DNA of 64,000 bases, from assembly GCA_965199825.1 (NCBI GenBank), contig OZ241329.1, forward strand, positions 1-64,000, read 5' to 3'. Made by a program: the position numbers and the translations under genes. Shown here piece after piece: positions 40,603 to 50,406 of this stretch; position 1 is the stretch's first letter; every line of letters starts with the position of its first letter. The notes under the pieces are model-generated. The model was not told the origin of the DNA. It did not search any database and saw only the letters and a list, made by a program, of their open reading frames with translations. This DNA comes from Bdellovibrionales bacterium (GTDB lineage: Bacteria > Bdellovibrionota > Bdellovibrionia > Bdellovibrionales > UBA1609).

Positions 40603-41556
40603 ATGACATGGATTGCATTTTTAGTTATTGCCGCTTTTGCCCAAACCAGCACAAGTAAACTGATCACATCGCCCGCAGATTCGGATGAGGTGGATCAAAC
40701 CGATCAGATTGTAACAAACAAAATGATGCGCGCCCAGATCGGTTCACTCTCAAAATTTTCGGTTAAGTTAAGCTCGACCTACAATGCGGGCTCCTTACAA
40801 AATCCACTTGATCCGCCAAGGCCCAACATCGCAGGCACAAACAATGATCCTGTGGGTTTGCAATCGCTTGGTGGCTCAGTTGGGGTGCGCTACCGCTTGA
40901 ATCAAACAAGTTCGATTGGACTGAGCGGTGGATTCAATATGATGACTCCATTTCATGGGGCCTACACCGCAAAGAATTCGCAAACTCAACAAAGCTTTGA
41001 TCGCTATCATCAGCACATTGACTTAAGTAATCCAAACTTCAGCTACTCCACCGTTTTTAAATGGCAACAGACTTCAAATGTGATTTCGGTTGGTGAAACT
41101 GTTCAGACCAGCGAAGGCTTGAGAGACAACGGCTATTTGACCAATACTGGGGTTTCTCACACGATCGCTTACGAAATTCCCGAAACGAGCATGACCGCCA
41201 TCTTTTCGAGTTCGGTTGGATTCAATATTTTTGATAAGCCAGCGTCGACCCCCACCGAAGATTCACAAACTTTGGGAGCGGTACAAAATCTTTATCAACT
41301 TGGCATGTCACCCACACTTGAGTACCGCATCACCGACCGTCTAGCTGCGCGAGGCCAAATTATTTTTACCGCCTACCATGTGAGAGATGGTTCAAACTTA
41401 AGCACACTGAAGTTAGAGCGCATTTTTGAAAACGTGGGCTTAGGTATTGGTATTACAAGAGATATTTATTTATTTCCGAGTGTTTCTTTTTTGGCCGATG
41501 ATCTTCGCTCGGATCGCTCGAATGTGTCGCTTTCAGCAGACTTAAGTATTTTTTAA
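40603..41556 (+). CDS. Outer membrane beta-barrel protein
   Basis: Signal peptide; amphipathic strands; terminal Phe; N-terminal TNKMMRAQIGSLSKFS motif. Confidence 0.7.
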   Translation: MTWIAFLVIAAFAQTSTSKLITSPADSDEVDQTDQIVTNKMMRAQIGSLSKFSVKLSSTYNAGSLQNPLDPPRPNIAGTNNDPVGLQSLGGSVGVRYRLNQTSSIGLSGGFNMMTPFHGAYTAKNSQTQQSFDRYHQHIDLSNPNFSYSTVFKWQQTSNVISVGETVQTSEGLRDNGYLTNTGVSHTIAYEIPETSMTAIFSSSVGFNIFDKPASTPTEDSQTLGAVQNLYQLGMSPTLEYRITDRLAARGQIIFTAYHVRDGSNLSTLKLERIFENVGLGIGITRDIYLFPSVSFLADDLRSDRSNVSLSADLSIF

Positions 41557-41813
41557 TCCGATTCCTTAGCCTCAAGCTTTTTCTTGTACATGGTTTGAAG
41601 CGCCTCAATTTCCTTTTGATGTTTCACATCTTGCTCGGACAATCGCTTGTTATCGTGCGACCGAATCTGTTCGATCTCTTTTTGACTCTGCTCTTGAAGA
41701 CGCGTGAGGCTTGTCTGATTTTCCTTTTTTAATTTTTTGATTTCATCAGAGTGAGCCTTGTCGCGCTCGATCTCATGTTGAGAATTGATTTGTGAGTTTT
41801 GTATGGTGCTCAT
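41553..41813 (-). CDS. Small coiled-coil hypothetical protein
   Basis: Charged heptad pattern; TTGCAA-N17-CACACT just upstream. Confidence 0.55.
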   Translation of the reverse strand: MSTIQNSQINSQHEIERDKAHSDEIKKLKKENQTSLTRLQEQSQKEIEQIRSHDNKRLSEQDVKHQKEIEALQTMYKKKLEAKESD

Positions 41814-41929
41814 TTTTTAAGTGTGGCTGGTCGGGATGCCAATTGCAATTTTCCAATGTTCTGCTAGGTTAAAGCCGAGTCTAACGATCGTTGGCTTAAA
41901 TCCTTAAATCTTCGAATCTGGAGCGGCGT

Positions 41930-43276
41930 ATGACTTTGCAGCAAGAAATTGAAATGCGGCAATTGGGGGCTTCGCCCGAAGTGGCTGAGCTTTTGTCCAC
42001 ATGGGCCTCACTTCCTACAAGCCAACATATTGAAACCTTTTTCAATTTGCCCCGTCACCAAGGTGAAGAGCTGTTTTTAGAGCTCTCGGCCAAGGATCAA
42101 TCAGAAATTTACGCTGTCCTCCCCGCCATCGATCGTAGGTCCTGGCTTCGACTCTTAGCACCCGATGATGTGGTCGACTTGCTCCAAGAGCTTGGCGAAG
42201 AGGCAAAGCCCGATGCGCTTGCCGTATTAGATTCGCAAACCCGCACCGAGGTGATTGCCCTTTTGGCCTATGCCGAAGACAAAGCGGGTGGTCTGATGAA
42301 CTCGCGCTTTGCAAGACTACGTCCCGAGATGACGGTCGAGGCCGCGATTCGCTACCTTCGTGCACAAACCAGATCCGATGTCGAAACGATTTATTATGCT
42401 TACGTGCTCGATAACTCGCAACATCTGTTAGGAGTGGTGTCGCTCCGATTGCTTTTTACCTCGCGGCCCGAAAAACAAATTCAAGAGATCATGATGACCG
42501 GAAAAGATCTGGTCACACTTCCAGACACGATGGACCAAGAAGAGATCTCAAAGTTTTTTTCAAAAAAAGAATATGTCTCTCTCCCCGTGGTGGATTCTGA
42601 AAATCGAATGAAGGGGATCGTCACCATCGACGATATTGTTCAAGTGGTTCAAGAAGAAGCCACCGAAGATATTCAAAAAATGGGCGGAATGGAAGCCATC
42701 GACGGACCTTATTTTAAAATCGCATTTCCGGTGATGATTCGAAAGCGTGCAGGTTGGCTACTTGCTCTATTTATCGGCGAAATGTTTACCGCAACCGCCA
42801 TGGGATATTACAAAGACGAAATCGAGCGCGCGGTTGTGCTCACTTTATTTTTGCCACTCATTATTTCGAGCGGCGGAAATTCGGGATCGCAGGCAACAAC
42901 ATTGATAATTCGTGCGATGGCGCTTGGTGATGTAAGGCTTAAAGATTGGTGGCGTGTGATGGTCAAAGAGTCGGCCTCAGGCCTCGTGCTCGGATTGATC
43001 TTGGGCTTTGTTGGGCTTTTAAGAATTATGTTTTGGCCCTTGCGCGAATCTCTCTATGGCCCGCACTACGCATTGATCGCGGTGGCTGTCGCCATCAGTC
43101 TGATTGGTGTGGTTTTGTGGGGAACGCTCACCGGATCGATGTTGCCGTTTTTGCTCCGTCGATTGGGATTTGATCCTGCCGCAGCGTCGGCCCCTTTTGT
43201 TGCCACATTGGTCGATGTGACGGGGCTCGTGATTTACTTTACGGTTGCGAGTGTGATCTTAGGGGGCGTTTTTTGA
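41930..43276 (+). CDS. mgtE: Magnesium transporter MgtE
   Basis: PDD, AGGLM, CBS pair, SSGGNSGSQ, DPAAASAPFVATLVD. Confidence 0.95.
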   Translation: MTLQQEIEMRQLGASPEVAELLSTWASLPTSQHIETFFNLPRHQGEELFLELSAKDQSEIYAVLPAIDRRSWLRLLAPDDVVDLLQELGEEAKPDALAVLDSQTRTEVIALLAYAEDKAGGLMNSRFARLRPEMTVEAAIRYLRAQTRSDVETIYYAYVLDNSQHLLGVVSLRLLFTSRPEKQIQEIMMTGKDLVTLPDTMDQEEISKFFSKKEYVSLPVVDSENRMKGIVTIDDIVQVVQEEATEDIQKMGGMEAIDGPYFKIAFPVMIRKRAGWLLALFIGEMFTATAMGYYKDEIERAVVLTLFLPLIISSGGNSGSQATTLIIRAMALGDVRLKDWWRVMVKESASGLVLGLILGFVGLLRIMFWPLRESLYGPHYALIAVAVAISLIGVVLWGTLTGSMLPFLLRRLGFDPAAASAPFVATLVDVTGLVIYFTVASVILGGVF

Positions 43277-43522
43277 GTAGTCTTTGCTATTCAACGTCAT
43301 CTCAACAATACGGTGGCACTTTTCAAGAGTGGCTCTGGCATATGTTGGATCTACACTCATGCAGTCTCGCACCAAAAAATTGAACATATCGTCTCTCATA
43401 CGTACCGTCATAACCTCGGGATGAGTTGCGATCATTGCTTTAAGAATTAGCCCATCGGGATTGCGTGGCATCGCCATACTGATCGAGGGAATCGTGATTA
43501 AGATCGCAAGTAGTGATTTCAT
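43259..43522 (-). CDS. Small secreted hypothetical protein
   Basis: GGAGG RBS before MKSLLAILI; two Cys residues. Confidence 0.6.
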   Translation of the reverse strand: MKSLLAILITIPSISMAMPRNPDGLILKAMIATHPEVMTVRMRDDMFNFLVRDCMSVDPTYARATLEKCHRIVEMTLNSKDYSKNAP

Positions 43523-43632
43523 AACACCTCCAGTGTCTGCTGATTTGATTGCAAACCTCTGGGCCGCCCGAAATTCACCGTGGACTTGGCTTTGTGCAAA
43601 TGGGTGCATTGGGGCGCGGAAATCGTCACAGC

Positions 43633-44958
43633 TCATTTCGATCGTGCTGAACGAGATGAATAACCTTCGTTCACCAGCAAGTTCTGACATGCTCTTTGTG
43701 TCCAGTCTTGATGGATCTGTCTTGCACGAGCCGACCGATTTTTAAGTCGGCTGAGATGATCAACAATTAATTTTAGATTTTTATGCGAAGAATTTGCTCG
43801 ATCCACTTCGCTCCAATACGTTTTATAAAGGAGATCGACCGCACCCTTGAAGGGTGGCTCCGATAAATCTTCGAGATATTCGCCTAGCGTTAGAATCGCA
43901 ATGTATCGCACTTCAGAGTTTGTGTGATCAAGCAATTCGGAAAGTGTCGCCTTCGACCCGGGAGCAGCGTCGAAAAAATGTCTCACTTGAAGTATTTGAT
44001 AATCCACACGCTCGTCGCGCGAAAGTTGCGAAGGGGGCTCACCCCAAAAAAGCTGCTGGGCCATTTCGTTATTTGCTCTTTCGATACTCGCAAAAACAAT
44101 ATCTATAATGTGATCTTGAGCGACGAGATCGAGGTGACGCTCAAAACGATTCTTCCCTTTGAAAAAACCAAGAATCACTTTTAATAAATGAGATTTTAAT
44201 ATTTCCTCGTTGGGGGCTGCGGATGACCAGGTTTGAATCGGATTGTGATCGCCACTTCGTTTCGATGCAAAAAAGAACCGACCGAACATATTGAAGTAAG
44301 CGTTGAATGCATTGATTCGAGGGTCAAAAGTTTCGGAGGCGGCTGAAAGCAACAACGTGGTGGCCGCAATCGCAGGTGCGAGAGTGCTGCCGTAAGAAAC
44401 ACCCTCTCCATCAGTTGAAGTGTAGACCTCAAAGGTAATATGTTTAGGCCACGTTGATTTTTTTAGGTGTTCAATCACTCCTCCCGAACTGCAATAATCT
44501 AAAAACAATCTCAATTTCAGTTCTTGATTGGGCGAAACGTCTTTTAAAACTGAAACTAAGAAAGATTTAAGTTCACGATGCGAGATATCACTCTGGGTGT
44601 AGCCGTCATGACAACTGAGTCGATTGGTATCACCATGACTCTGAATCACCAAATCGATCACTGCGGGGCCATCGAATGTGCGGGCGTTTGCCATCACATC
44701 TCGCACCGAATTTTGAAACGAGAACGCTTGCGCCGTTTTGGCCTTGAAAGGAATCATCGGGTTCAAATGGGTTTGGGTGCGAATCCATCTTACGTTTTCA
44801 TTCAAATCTTCCAGGTTTTTAAGGGCTGTAAACGTTTGAGTTGAGGAGTCATTAAGGTCAAACCAAGGCGCCCAAAATAAAATTGCATGGTAGCCCGTGA
44901 CAGGTTGAGCATAGGAGGGCGAAAATCCAAATAGAAATAAAAATACAATTTTGTTCAT
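43633..44958 (-). CDS. Secreted clan CD (caspase/legumain-like) cysteine peptidase with a HEAT-like C-terminal region
   Basis: LVIQSHGD and LFLDYCSSGG dyad motifs; signal peptide MNKIVFLFLFG. Confidence 0.7.
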   Translation of the reverse strand: MNKIVFLFLFGFSPSYAQPVTGYHAILFWAPWFDLNDSSTQTFTALKNLEDLNENVRWIRTQTHLNPMIPFKAKTAQAFSFQNSVRDVMANARTFDGPAVIDLVIQSHGDTNRLSCHDGYTQSDISHRELKSFLVSVLKDVSPNQELKLRLFLDYCSSGGVIEHLKKSTWPKHITFEVYTSTDGEGVSYGSTLAPAIAATTLLLSAASETFDPRINAFNAYFNMFGRFFFASKRSGDHNPIQTWSSAAPNEEILKSHLLKVILGFFKGKNRFERHLDLVAQDHIIDIVFASIERANNEMAQQLFWGEPPSQLSRDERVDYQILQVRHFFDAAPGSKATLSELLDHTNSEVRYIAILTLGEYLEDLSEPPFKGAVDLLYKTYWSEVDRANSSHKNLKLIVDHLSRLKNRSARARQIHQDWTQRACQNLLVNEGYSSRSARSK

Positions 44959-45268
44959 TTCATAAACCCTTAGCTTTATTTTGAGTTGCAATAAAGATTT
45001 GTTTACAAAAATGAAATATGTCATCGCTGATCCGCCGCCCCTCTTTGTATTTTAAAAAAATTATTCGAAACAAACAAAAAGTGACCGATGCTTAAGTCAT
45101 TCGCGATATGGTCAAAATTGCTTTCACCGGCTCTGACCGGTCTAGATTTGTAAGATATCGTTTTCAAATATAATTTGTATTGTGACAAACTATCTAAATG
45201 AAAATTATTTTTGTTGAGCTTTTAGCTGTTTGGACAAAAAAGACGTACTCCCTAATACCGCTGAACTT

Positions 45269-45742
45269 ATGTCTCTAAGCACAAACGACGACAGCTTTAC
45301 GATTGAGTCCAATGATAGCGGCAATCAGAATGCGGCACTCATGGCCGGAGGACTGAGTCTTCATTTTTTATTTTAACAATAAAACATATTGAGTTCAAAA
45401 AACACACCGCCCACCTATCATTTAGAGATAGTTTTGAATTCAGGACAAAGAATGAAACTGGGGCGTTGGTCATTATCAGCAGAAGAGATTGAGATGGAAG
45501 CACAAAATCTTTCGACTGCTCTTAGTGTTCCCTTAGATCCGACTTACCTGCCTATTTATCATCTCAGTCGTCGATCTGTGACAATCGCGCTGATTGGGTC
45601 CATTGCTGGTTACGCGATTTATTATCGTATGAAATTTGGACCATGGTGTGCGGGAATGTGGTATGGAAGTGCTCCACTGCGTATCATCCTCATCCTCTTC
45701 GTCAATATCCTTTTTATTTTGCGATTCAAGAGAGTTGAATGA
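45269..45742 (+). pseudogene. Probably disrupted membrane protein gene
   Basis: ATG at 45269 is in frame with the 45389-45742 ORF but separated from it by two TAA stops. Confidence 0.45.
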
Positions 45743-45767
45743 CTCTGTCCCGCAGAACTCAGAATAG

Positions 45768-46952
45768 TTAATCGCACAAAACAAAAAACGCCGAAAGATA
45801 GTTTCCTTCTGGAAATAATACCGAAGCCGCATGATCAGGGGAAGGCCCACTGGTTTGTAAAACTTTGAGAGTGCGCGAAGTTTCGCGTGAGACTTTGCGC
45901 AAGGTCTTTAAGATTTCGTTTTCACCCATGGCGTGGCTGCACGAGCAGGAGACTAGGAGTCCCCCGCTATTTAAAGATAAAACGGCACGCAGATTGAGAT
46001 CGTAAAAAGCCCGAGCTGCAGCTTCGCGGTGTTCACTGTCGCGAGCAAGAGGTGGAGGATCAAGAATCACGCAGTCGGTTTTTTGTCCTGACTTATGAAA
46101 GGCACGCAAAAATTCAAAGGCATCGGACCGGACCACATCGACCGTCACTTCATTGAGTTCGGCATTTTTTTGATACGTATCCAATGCGATTTGCGAGGAG
46201 TCGACGCCTGTGACCTTTATCCCCGCCTTTTGAAGATGCAAACCAAAGCCTCCCTCAAAAGAGCACACATCAAGCGCTGTTTTCACATCAAGTTGCTGGG
46301 CCCATCTTAGAGCAAGCAAATGATTTTGGCGTTGATCGAGATAAGCTCCTGTTTTTTGCGACTGGCCAGGCTGCATCCACCACTTTAATCCATTCCAGTT
46401 GTACACCGAAGCTTCGCCCTCGAATGTGACATCCTCAAGACTTAAACCTTCTTTTAATCGCACCTTGGCATTGCGGCGCTCGATGATGTCACAATCCCTT
46501 CCAAAGGCTGAGCGGATTGCCTGCAAAATTGTTTTCCAAAAATATTCGACCGGTGCAGATTGAATTTGGCACACCACTTTGTTTTCAAAAACGTCGATCA
46601 CCAACCCAGGGAGGCCGTCATTTTCGGCAAACACCCAGCGAAAGAGTGCATCACCGCCAACCAAATTTTGTTTAATGGCCAGTAAATTTTTAAGATGATG
46701 GGTCAATGGTTCTAAAAGCAATTTTTCAAATTGTTCATTGCTCACAACGATATCACTGAGCTCGGCGTTGATTTTTATTTCGCGAAGACGCAGATGACTT
46801 TGGGGCGACAAAAAAAACAACCGCCCCCCGATCGGGATCACACAGGGAACTTGCGGCAATTTTTGGGCAAGATGTTTTGCGGTAATCCATGGATGATTGG
46901 ACCGCCAAACTTTTAGGCCCTCAGGATTTAATAAAGCTTCGATGCGACTCAT
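45768..46952 (-). CDS. rlmI: RlmI-like class I SAM-dependent 23S rRNA methyltransferase
   Basis: HPWI, DGLPGLVID, QKTGAYLDQR, ILDPP, SCSCS. Confidence 0.85.
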   Translation of the reverse strand: MSRIEALLNPEGLKVWRSNHPWITAKHLAQKLPQVPCVIPIGGRLFFLSPQSHLRLREIKINAELSDIVVSNEQFEKLLLEPLTHHLKNLLAIKQNLVGGDALFRWVFAENDGLPGLVIDVFENKVVCQIQSAPVEYFWKTILQAIRSAFGRDCDIIERRNAKVRLKEGLSLEDVTFEGEASVYNWNGLKWWMQPGQSQKTGAYLDQRQNHLLALRWAQQLDVKTALDVCSFEGGFGLHLQKAGIKVTGVDSSQIALDTYQKNAELNEVTVDVVRSDAFEFLRAFHKSGQKTDCVILDPPPLARDSEHREAAARAFYDLNLRAVLSLNSGGLLVSCSCSHAMGENEILKTLRKVSRETSRTLKVLQTSGPSPDHAASVLFPEGNYLSAFFVLCD

Positions 46953-47818
46953 TCGAACAACAGAGGCAGAATAAGCTGCGAGGATTTTGAAGCTTTGGGA
47001 AATTTTAAAAGTTTTAGATTTTTTTTAAGTGGCACGACCACAGATGAATCAAGGATCGAACTTGCCAAAACCAAAATTTTTGCAACAGATCCGCTGGCAT
47101 TGATATCCAATCTGAGGCTCAAAAAACCCAAAGGATTCGTACCTTCGCTCGCATGAGCCACCACCTGTGCAACTTCGTTGGAGAGAAAGCCCTCAAGATT
47201 TTTGTGAGACTCAAGTCCCCCGTGAACAAAGGGGCAAGGGTCCATAAACCAGCCGTGAATCACGAGGCGGCCATTCATCGGATTTTTTTCGCCTTCCACT
47301 CTTTTGACACCGTGAGGGATGCGCGGATCAAAAACCAACAACTGATTAAACTCGGGTGCGACCTCTTCAAAAATATCGGAGACCTCAAGACCTTTTTGCC
47401 AAATCGGCTTTTCCCAATATTTAAGAATATCGGGTTTGATCATGAGTGTTTCGCCGCCTTTAAAGGTGCGCTGCTCCCAATTTGTTAAAGAATACACAAA
47501 AGCCCATGGACCTTGAGGCACATCGGCATGCAGATTTTGAAAACAGCCATCGGTGTAACAACTCAGCCATGGGCTTGAGACCATCGCACACCCAAATTGA
47601 AATTGCGCCAGCTCCAATAATTTTGAATAAAACTTTTGATACAAATCTTTTGGAAAATAATGAAGAGCCGGAGTTCTCAACAACGAGTATTGATTTTCGA
47701 TATGCCAGTAGTCCCAAACGAATTTATCGGCACGAGCTTGACGAGGATTTGCGAATTGTTTGTCGATATGACCACGAAGTTTTGGAGCCACTGAACTGAA
47801 TTTTTTAAATGTTTGCAC
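46949..47818 (-). CDS. 2OG-Fe(II) oxygenase with a TonB-C-like C-terminal extension
   Basis: HAD, FNQLLVFD..IPHGV, RLVIHGW; start placed at GTG 47818. Confidence 0.8.
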   Translation of the reverse strand: MQTFKKFSSVAPKLRGHIDKQFANPRQARADKFVWDYWHIENQYSLLRTPALHYFPKDLYQKFYSKLLELAQFQFGCAMVSSPWLSCYTDGCFQNLHADVPQGPWAFVYSLTNWEQRTFKGGETLMIKPDILKYWEKPIWQKGLEVSDIFEEVAPEFNQLLVFDPRIPHGVKRVEGEKNPMNGRLVIHGWFMDPCPFVHGGLESHKNLEGFLSNEVAQVVAHASEGTNPLGFLSLRLDINASGSVAKILVLASSILDSSVVVPLKKNLKLLKFPKASKSSQLILPLLFE

Positions 47819-47896
47819 CGCGGGACATTTACAGCTTTTAACGCAGATGTCAAAACCGCACTTTACCAATTAAACAATTTTTGTAACACTTTGGAT

Positions 47897-48384
47897 ATGA
47901 TTTTTTTATTTCTTCTTTGGGCCCAGGCCCAAAACTTTCATTGCCAGGTTATGCCCCAATCTTTTGATATGAATGGGACAACCATCTCCTCGCCCACCCA
48001 TCCGACTCAGGTGCTCGAATCTCAGTCGATGTGTCCCAAAGAAAAAAATGAACACTACAATGTGATCTGTCTCTATGAAGCCCTTTGTCGCCCGGTTTCG
48101 GAAAAGGAGTGCGAAGAGCTCCACCCGATTTTACTCCGCATGAGGCGATGGTGGAATATCTCAAAGGGCGTCTTCATCGCTCGTCGTTGGTGTGTTTGGG
48201 AAAAGCGACCATTAGAGATGGCAACATTACCGATCCTCATTGCGAGGAGCCTGCGGATTGTAAAAAGCGCGAGATTCTCTACAACTACATGTCCCCAGAG
48301 ATGACCCCCAAAGATCTTTTTAAGATGCCTCACGACACCACTCAAAATGTGAATGTTCCGAACGCAGCCTGGGAGACTCAATGA
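47897..48384 (+). pseudogene. Frameshifted Cys-rich secreted protein
   Basis: Signal peptide MIFLFLLWAQA; coding sense switches frame near 48125 into DFTPHEAMVEYL...; the second frame couples (ATGA) to the next gene. Confidence 0.6.
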
Positions 48385-48617
48385 CGATGTTATTATTTTT
48401 GGTCAGCGCTTTTGCGGCGGGCTCGATGAATCTTAAAGGAACACTTCGCAATACTTCGCCCGAATCGATCGACATTGAATCAGGCGGATGGGTGTACACT
48501 CTCAAAAATAAAAAACTGGGTGCTCAAGAATTAAAATTTTTGAAGTCCAAAAAAAGTTTGGACAAGGTTGATATCTGGGTCAATTTTGCCGCAATTCAAA
48601 AAACCAAAAAACTTTAA
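48381..48617 (+). CDS. Small secreted basic protein
   Basis: Signal peptide; GGGAG RBS. Confidence 0.65.
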   Translation: MTMLLFLVSAFAAGSMNLKGTLRNTSPESIDIESGGWVYTLKNKKLGAQELKFLKSKKSLDKVDIWVNFAAIQKTKKL

Positions 48618-49417
48618 GTGGGTTTGATTTTTTTATTCGTCATCGCTTTTAGATATTCAATGATCTCTTGAATCACTTGATCTCGATTTTCGATTTTCTT
48701 CAGCGGCGGCATCACGGTGTTGTAGCGAATGCTTGTGGGATCAGAAATCCACTGATGAAGCATCGATTCCTTAAAATATTCTGTCACATTCACCGGATAA
48801 TTGAGTTCGGGCCCTCGATTGCCCCCATTGCCGTTGAGCGCATGGCACACCAAACAATTGTTGCGGAAGTGTTGAAATCCTTTTAGGACTTCCATCGAAC
48901 TTTGATCGGGCGGCGAAATTTTTGGGTACTGCTCTTTGAATGAAACACGATCAACCGTTTTAATCCCAAAGGGCCAATTGAGAACATCAGACTGCCTTAA
49001 AGTTTGGTCATCAAGATTTTTCCAAACAAGATAATAGGGGCCAACCTCACGGATGCGTCCCCCTTCGTCTTGATCCGAGATCGCAAACTTTTTTTGATCT
49101 CTTCGCCCAAAGGCCACGTAAGCTTCTTTGTTCAAAAATCTTTCGGCAGCGATCGCGGGCTGGTAGCCGTCAACACAGGTAAATAAAAATTCGTCGGCAG
49201 AGGCATTCTTACCATAGACCTTTTGGAGTAACGAATCGAATTTGATCACGTCGTAATCCACTTCTTTTCGCTCGTGGGGCTCCCACAATTTTAAAACTTG
49301 GGGAGGTACCAAAGCTTTTAATTCTTTGAGCGAAAGAGTTTTGATTTTTTGTCCATGATTTTTAAATTCTAAACTTTGACCAAAACAAATACTTAAAAAA
49401 ATTAAAGCGTAGACCAT
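48614..49417 (-). CDS. c-type cytochrome with an N-terminal oxidoreductase (molybdopterin-binding-like) domain
   Basis: CLVCH, GPEL, distal Met in TVMP; N-terminal CVDGY...GPYYLVW...WPF. Confidence 0.8.
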   Translation of the reverse strand: MVYALIFLSICFGQSLEFKNHGQKIKTLSLKELKALVPPQVLKLWEPHERKEVDYDVIKFDSLLQKVYGKNASADEFLFTCVDGYQPAIAAERFLNKEAYVAFGRRDQKKFAISDQDEGGRIREVGPYYLVWKNLDDQTLRQSDVLNWPFGIKTVDRVSFKEQYPKISPPDQSSMEVLKGFQHFRNNCLVCHALNGNGGNRGPELNYPVNVTEYFKESMLHQWISDPTSIRYNTVMPPLKKIENRDQVIQEIIEYLKAMTNKKIKPT

Positions 49418-50406
49418 GAAGCCTCTTTGATGATCTTGGCAAAACCATCCACCCAATAATCCGAATCGTTAAGGCAAGGGATCAGTTGCAAGTCTTCTCC
49501 ACCAAAAGAAATAAATGTTTCTTTGCCCGCAATCGCAATCTCCTCGAGGGTTTCTAAACAATCGGTCACAAAAGAGGGGCACACCACACCGACTCTTTTG
49601 ACACCGTTTTTGGCCAAAGTTTCGAGCTGAATATCGGTGTAGGGTTGAATCCAAGGAGTACTTCCCAATCGCGACTGAAAAAAGGTGCCGTAGGTTCCTT
49701 CTTTAAGCTTTAATTTTTTTACGAGCATTCGTGTTGTGGCAAAACTTTGGGCACGATAGCAATCGCGGTTGGCAGGGGTGATGGTGTCGCAACACTCTGC
49801 GAATCGGCAATAGTCCCCTTGAGGTAATTTTTTAAGCTGACGCTCGGGCAAACCATGATAGCTAAAAACCAAATAATCAAAATCACCACTCTCTTTTATT
49901 TTTCGGGCAACCGAATCAATAAAAGGTTCTTGGTCAAAAAAATCTTTTAAAAAAAACTTTTGGGCCGCGCTTTTTTTTGTGCTCGCCACAAAATGATCAA
50001 GAGCACTTAACGAACTTGAAGTGGCATAATGCGGATAAAGCGGAATAAAATAGATTTTATCTTCTGCCGCAGCCTTTATCTTATTTGAAAGATTATGTTT
50101 CCCATAGCGCATGCCCCAGATCACTTTAAATTCTTGACCTAAAACCCCTTGCAGCTTTTGGGCAAACTTTTGGGTGACCACCACAAGGGGCGAGCCTTCC
50201 TTGGTCCAAACTTTTTGATAGGCCTTTGCCGAGCGATATTTTCTGAAGGGTGCAATGATGCAATAAACCAACAAGGCCCGCCATAACCAAAAAATATCGA
50301 TCACCCTAAAATCCATCAGAAATTCTCTTAAGTATTTTCCCACCGCCTTGGGGTAGGGATTTTCGGGAGATCCTAAATTTTCGAGAACTAAGATTTTTTG
50401 TGCCAT
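49402..50406 (-). CDS. hemH: Ferrochelatase
   Basis: NLGSP, GSPL, FSYHGLP, FQSRLG..W..PYT, DCLETLEEI. Confidence 0.95.
   Translation of the reverse strand: MAQKILVLENLGSPENPYPKAVGKYLREFLMDFRVIDIFWLWRALLVYCIIAPFRKYRSAKAYQKVWTKEGSPLVVVTQKFAQKLQGVLGQEFKVIWGMRYGKHNLSNKIKAAAEDKIYFIPLYPHYATSSSLSALDHFVASTKKSAAQKFFLKDFFDQEPFIDSVARKIKESGDFDYLVFSYHGLPERQLKKLPQGDYCRFAECCDTITPANRDCYRAQSFATTRMLVKKLKLKEGTYGTFFQSRLGSTPWIQPYTDIQLETLAKNGVKRVGVVCPSFVTDCLETLEEIAIAGKETFISFGGEDLQLIPCLNDSDYWVDGFAKIIKEASWSTL

Noticed and set aside
41868..41900. Mg2+ (M-box) riboswitch before mgtE
   Set aside because: Only a small imperfect hairpin; the intergenic space is too short for an M-box.
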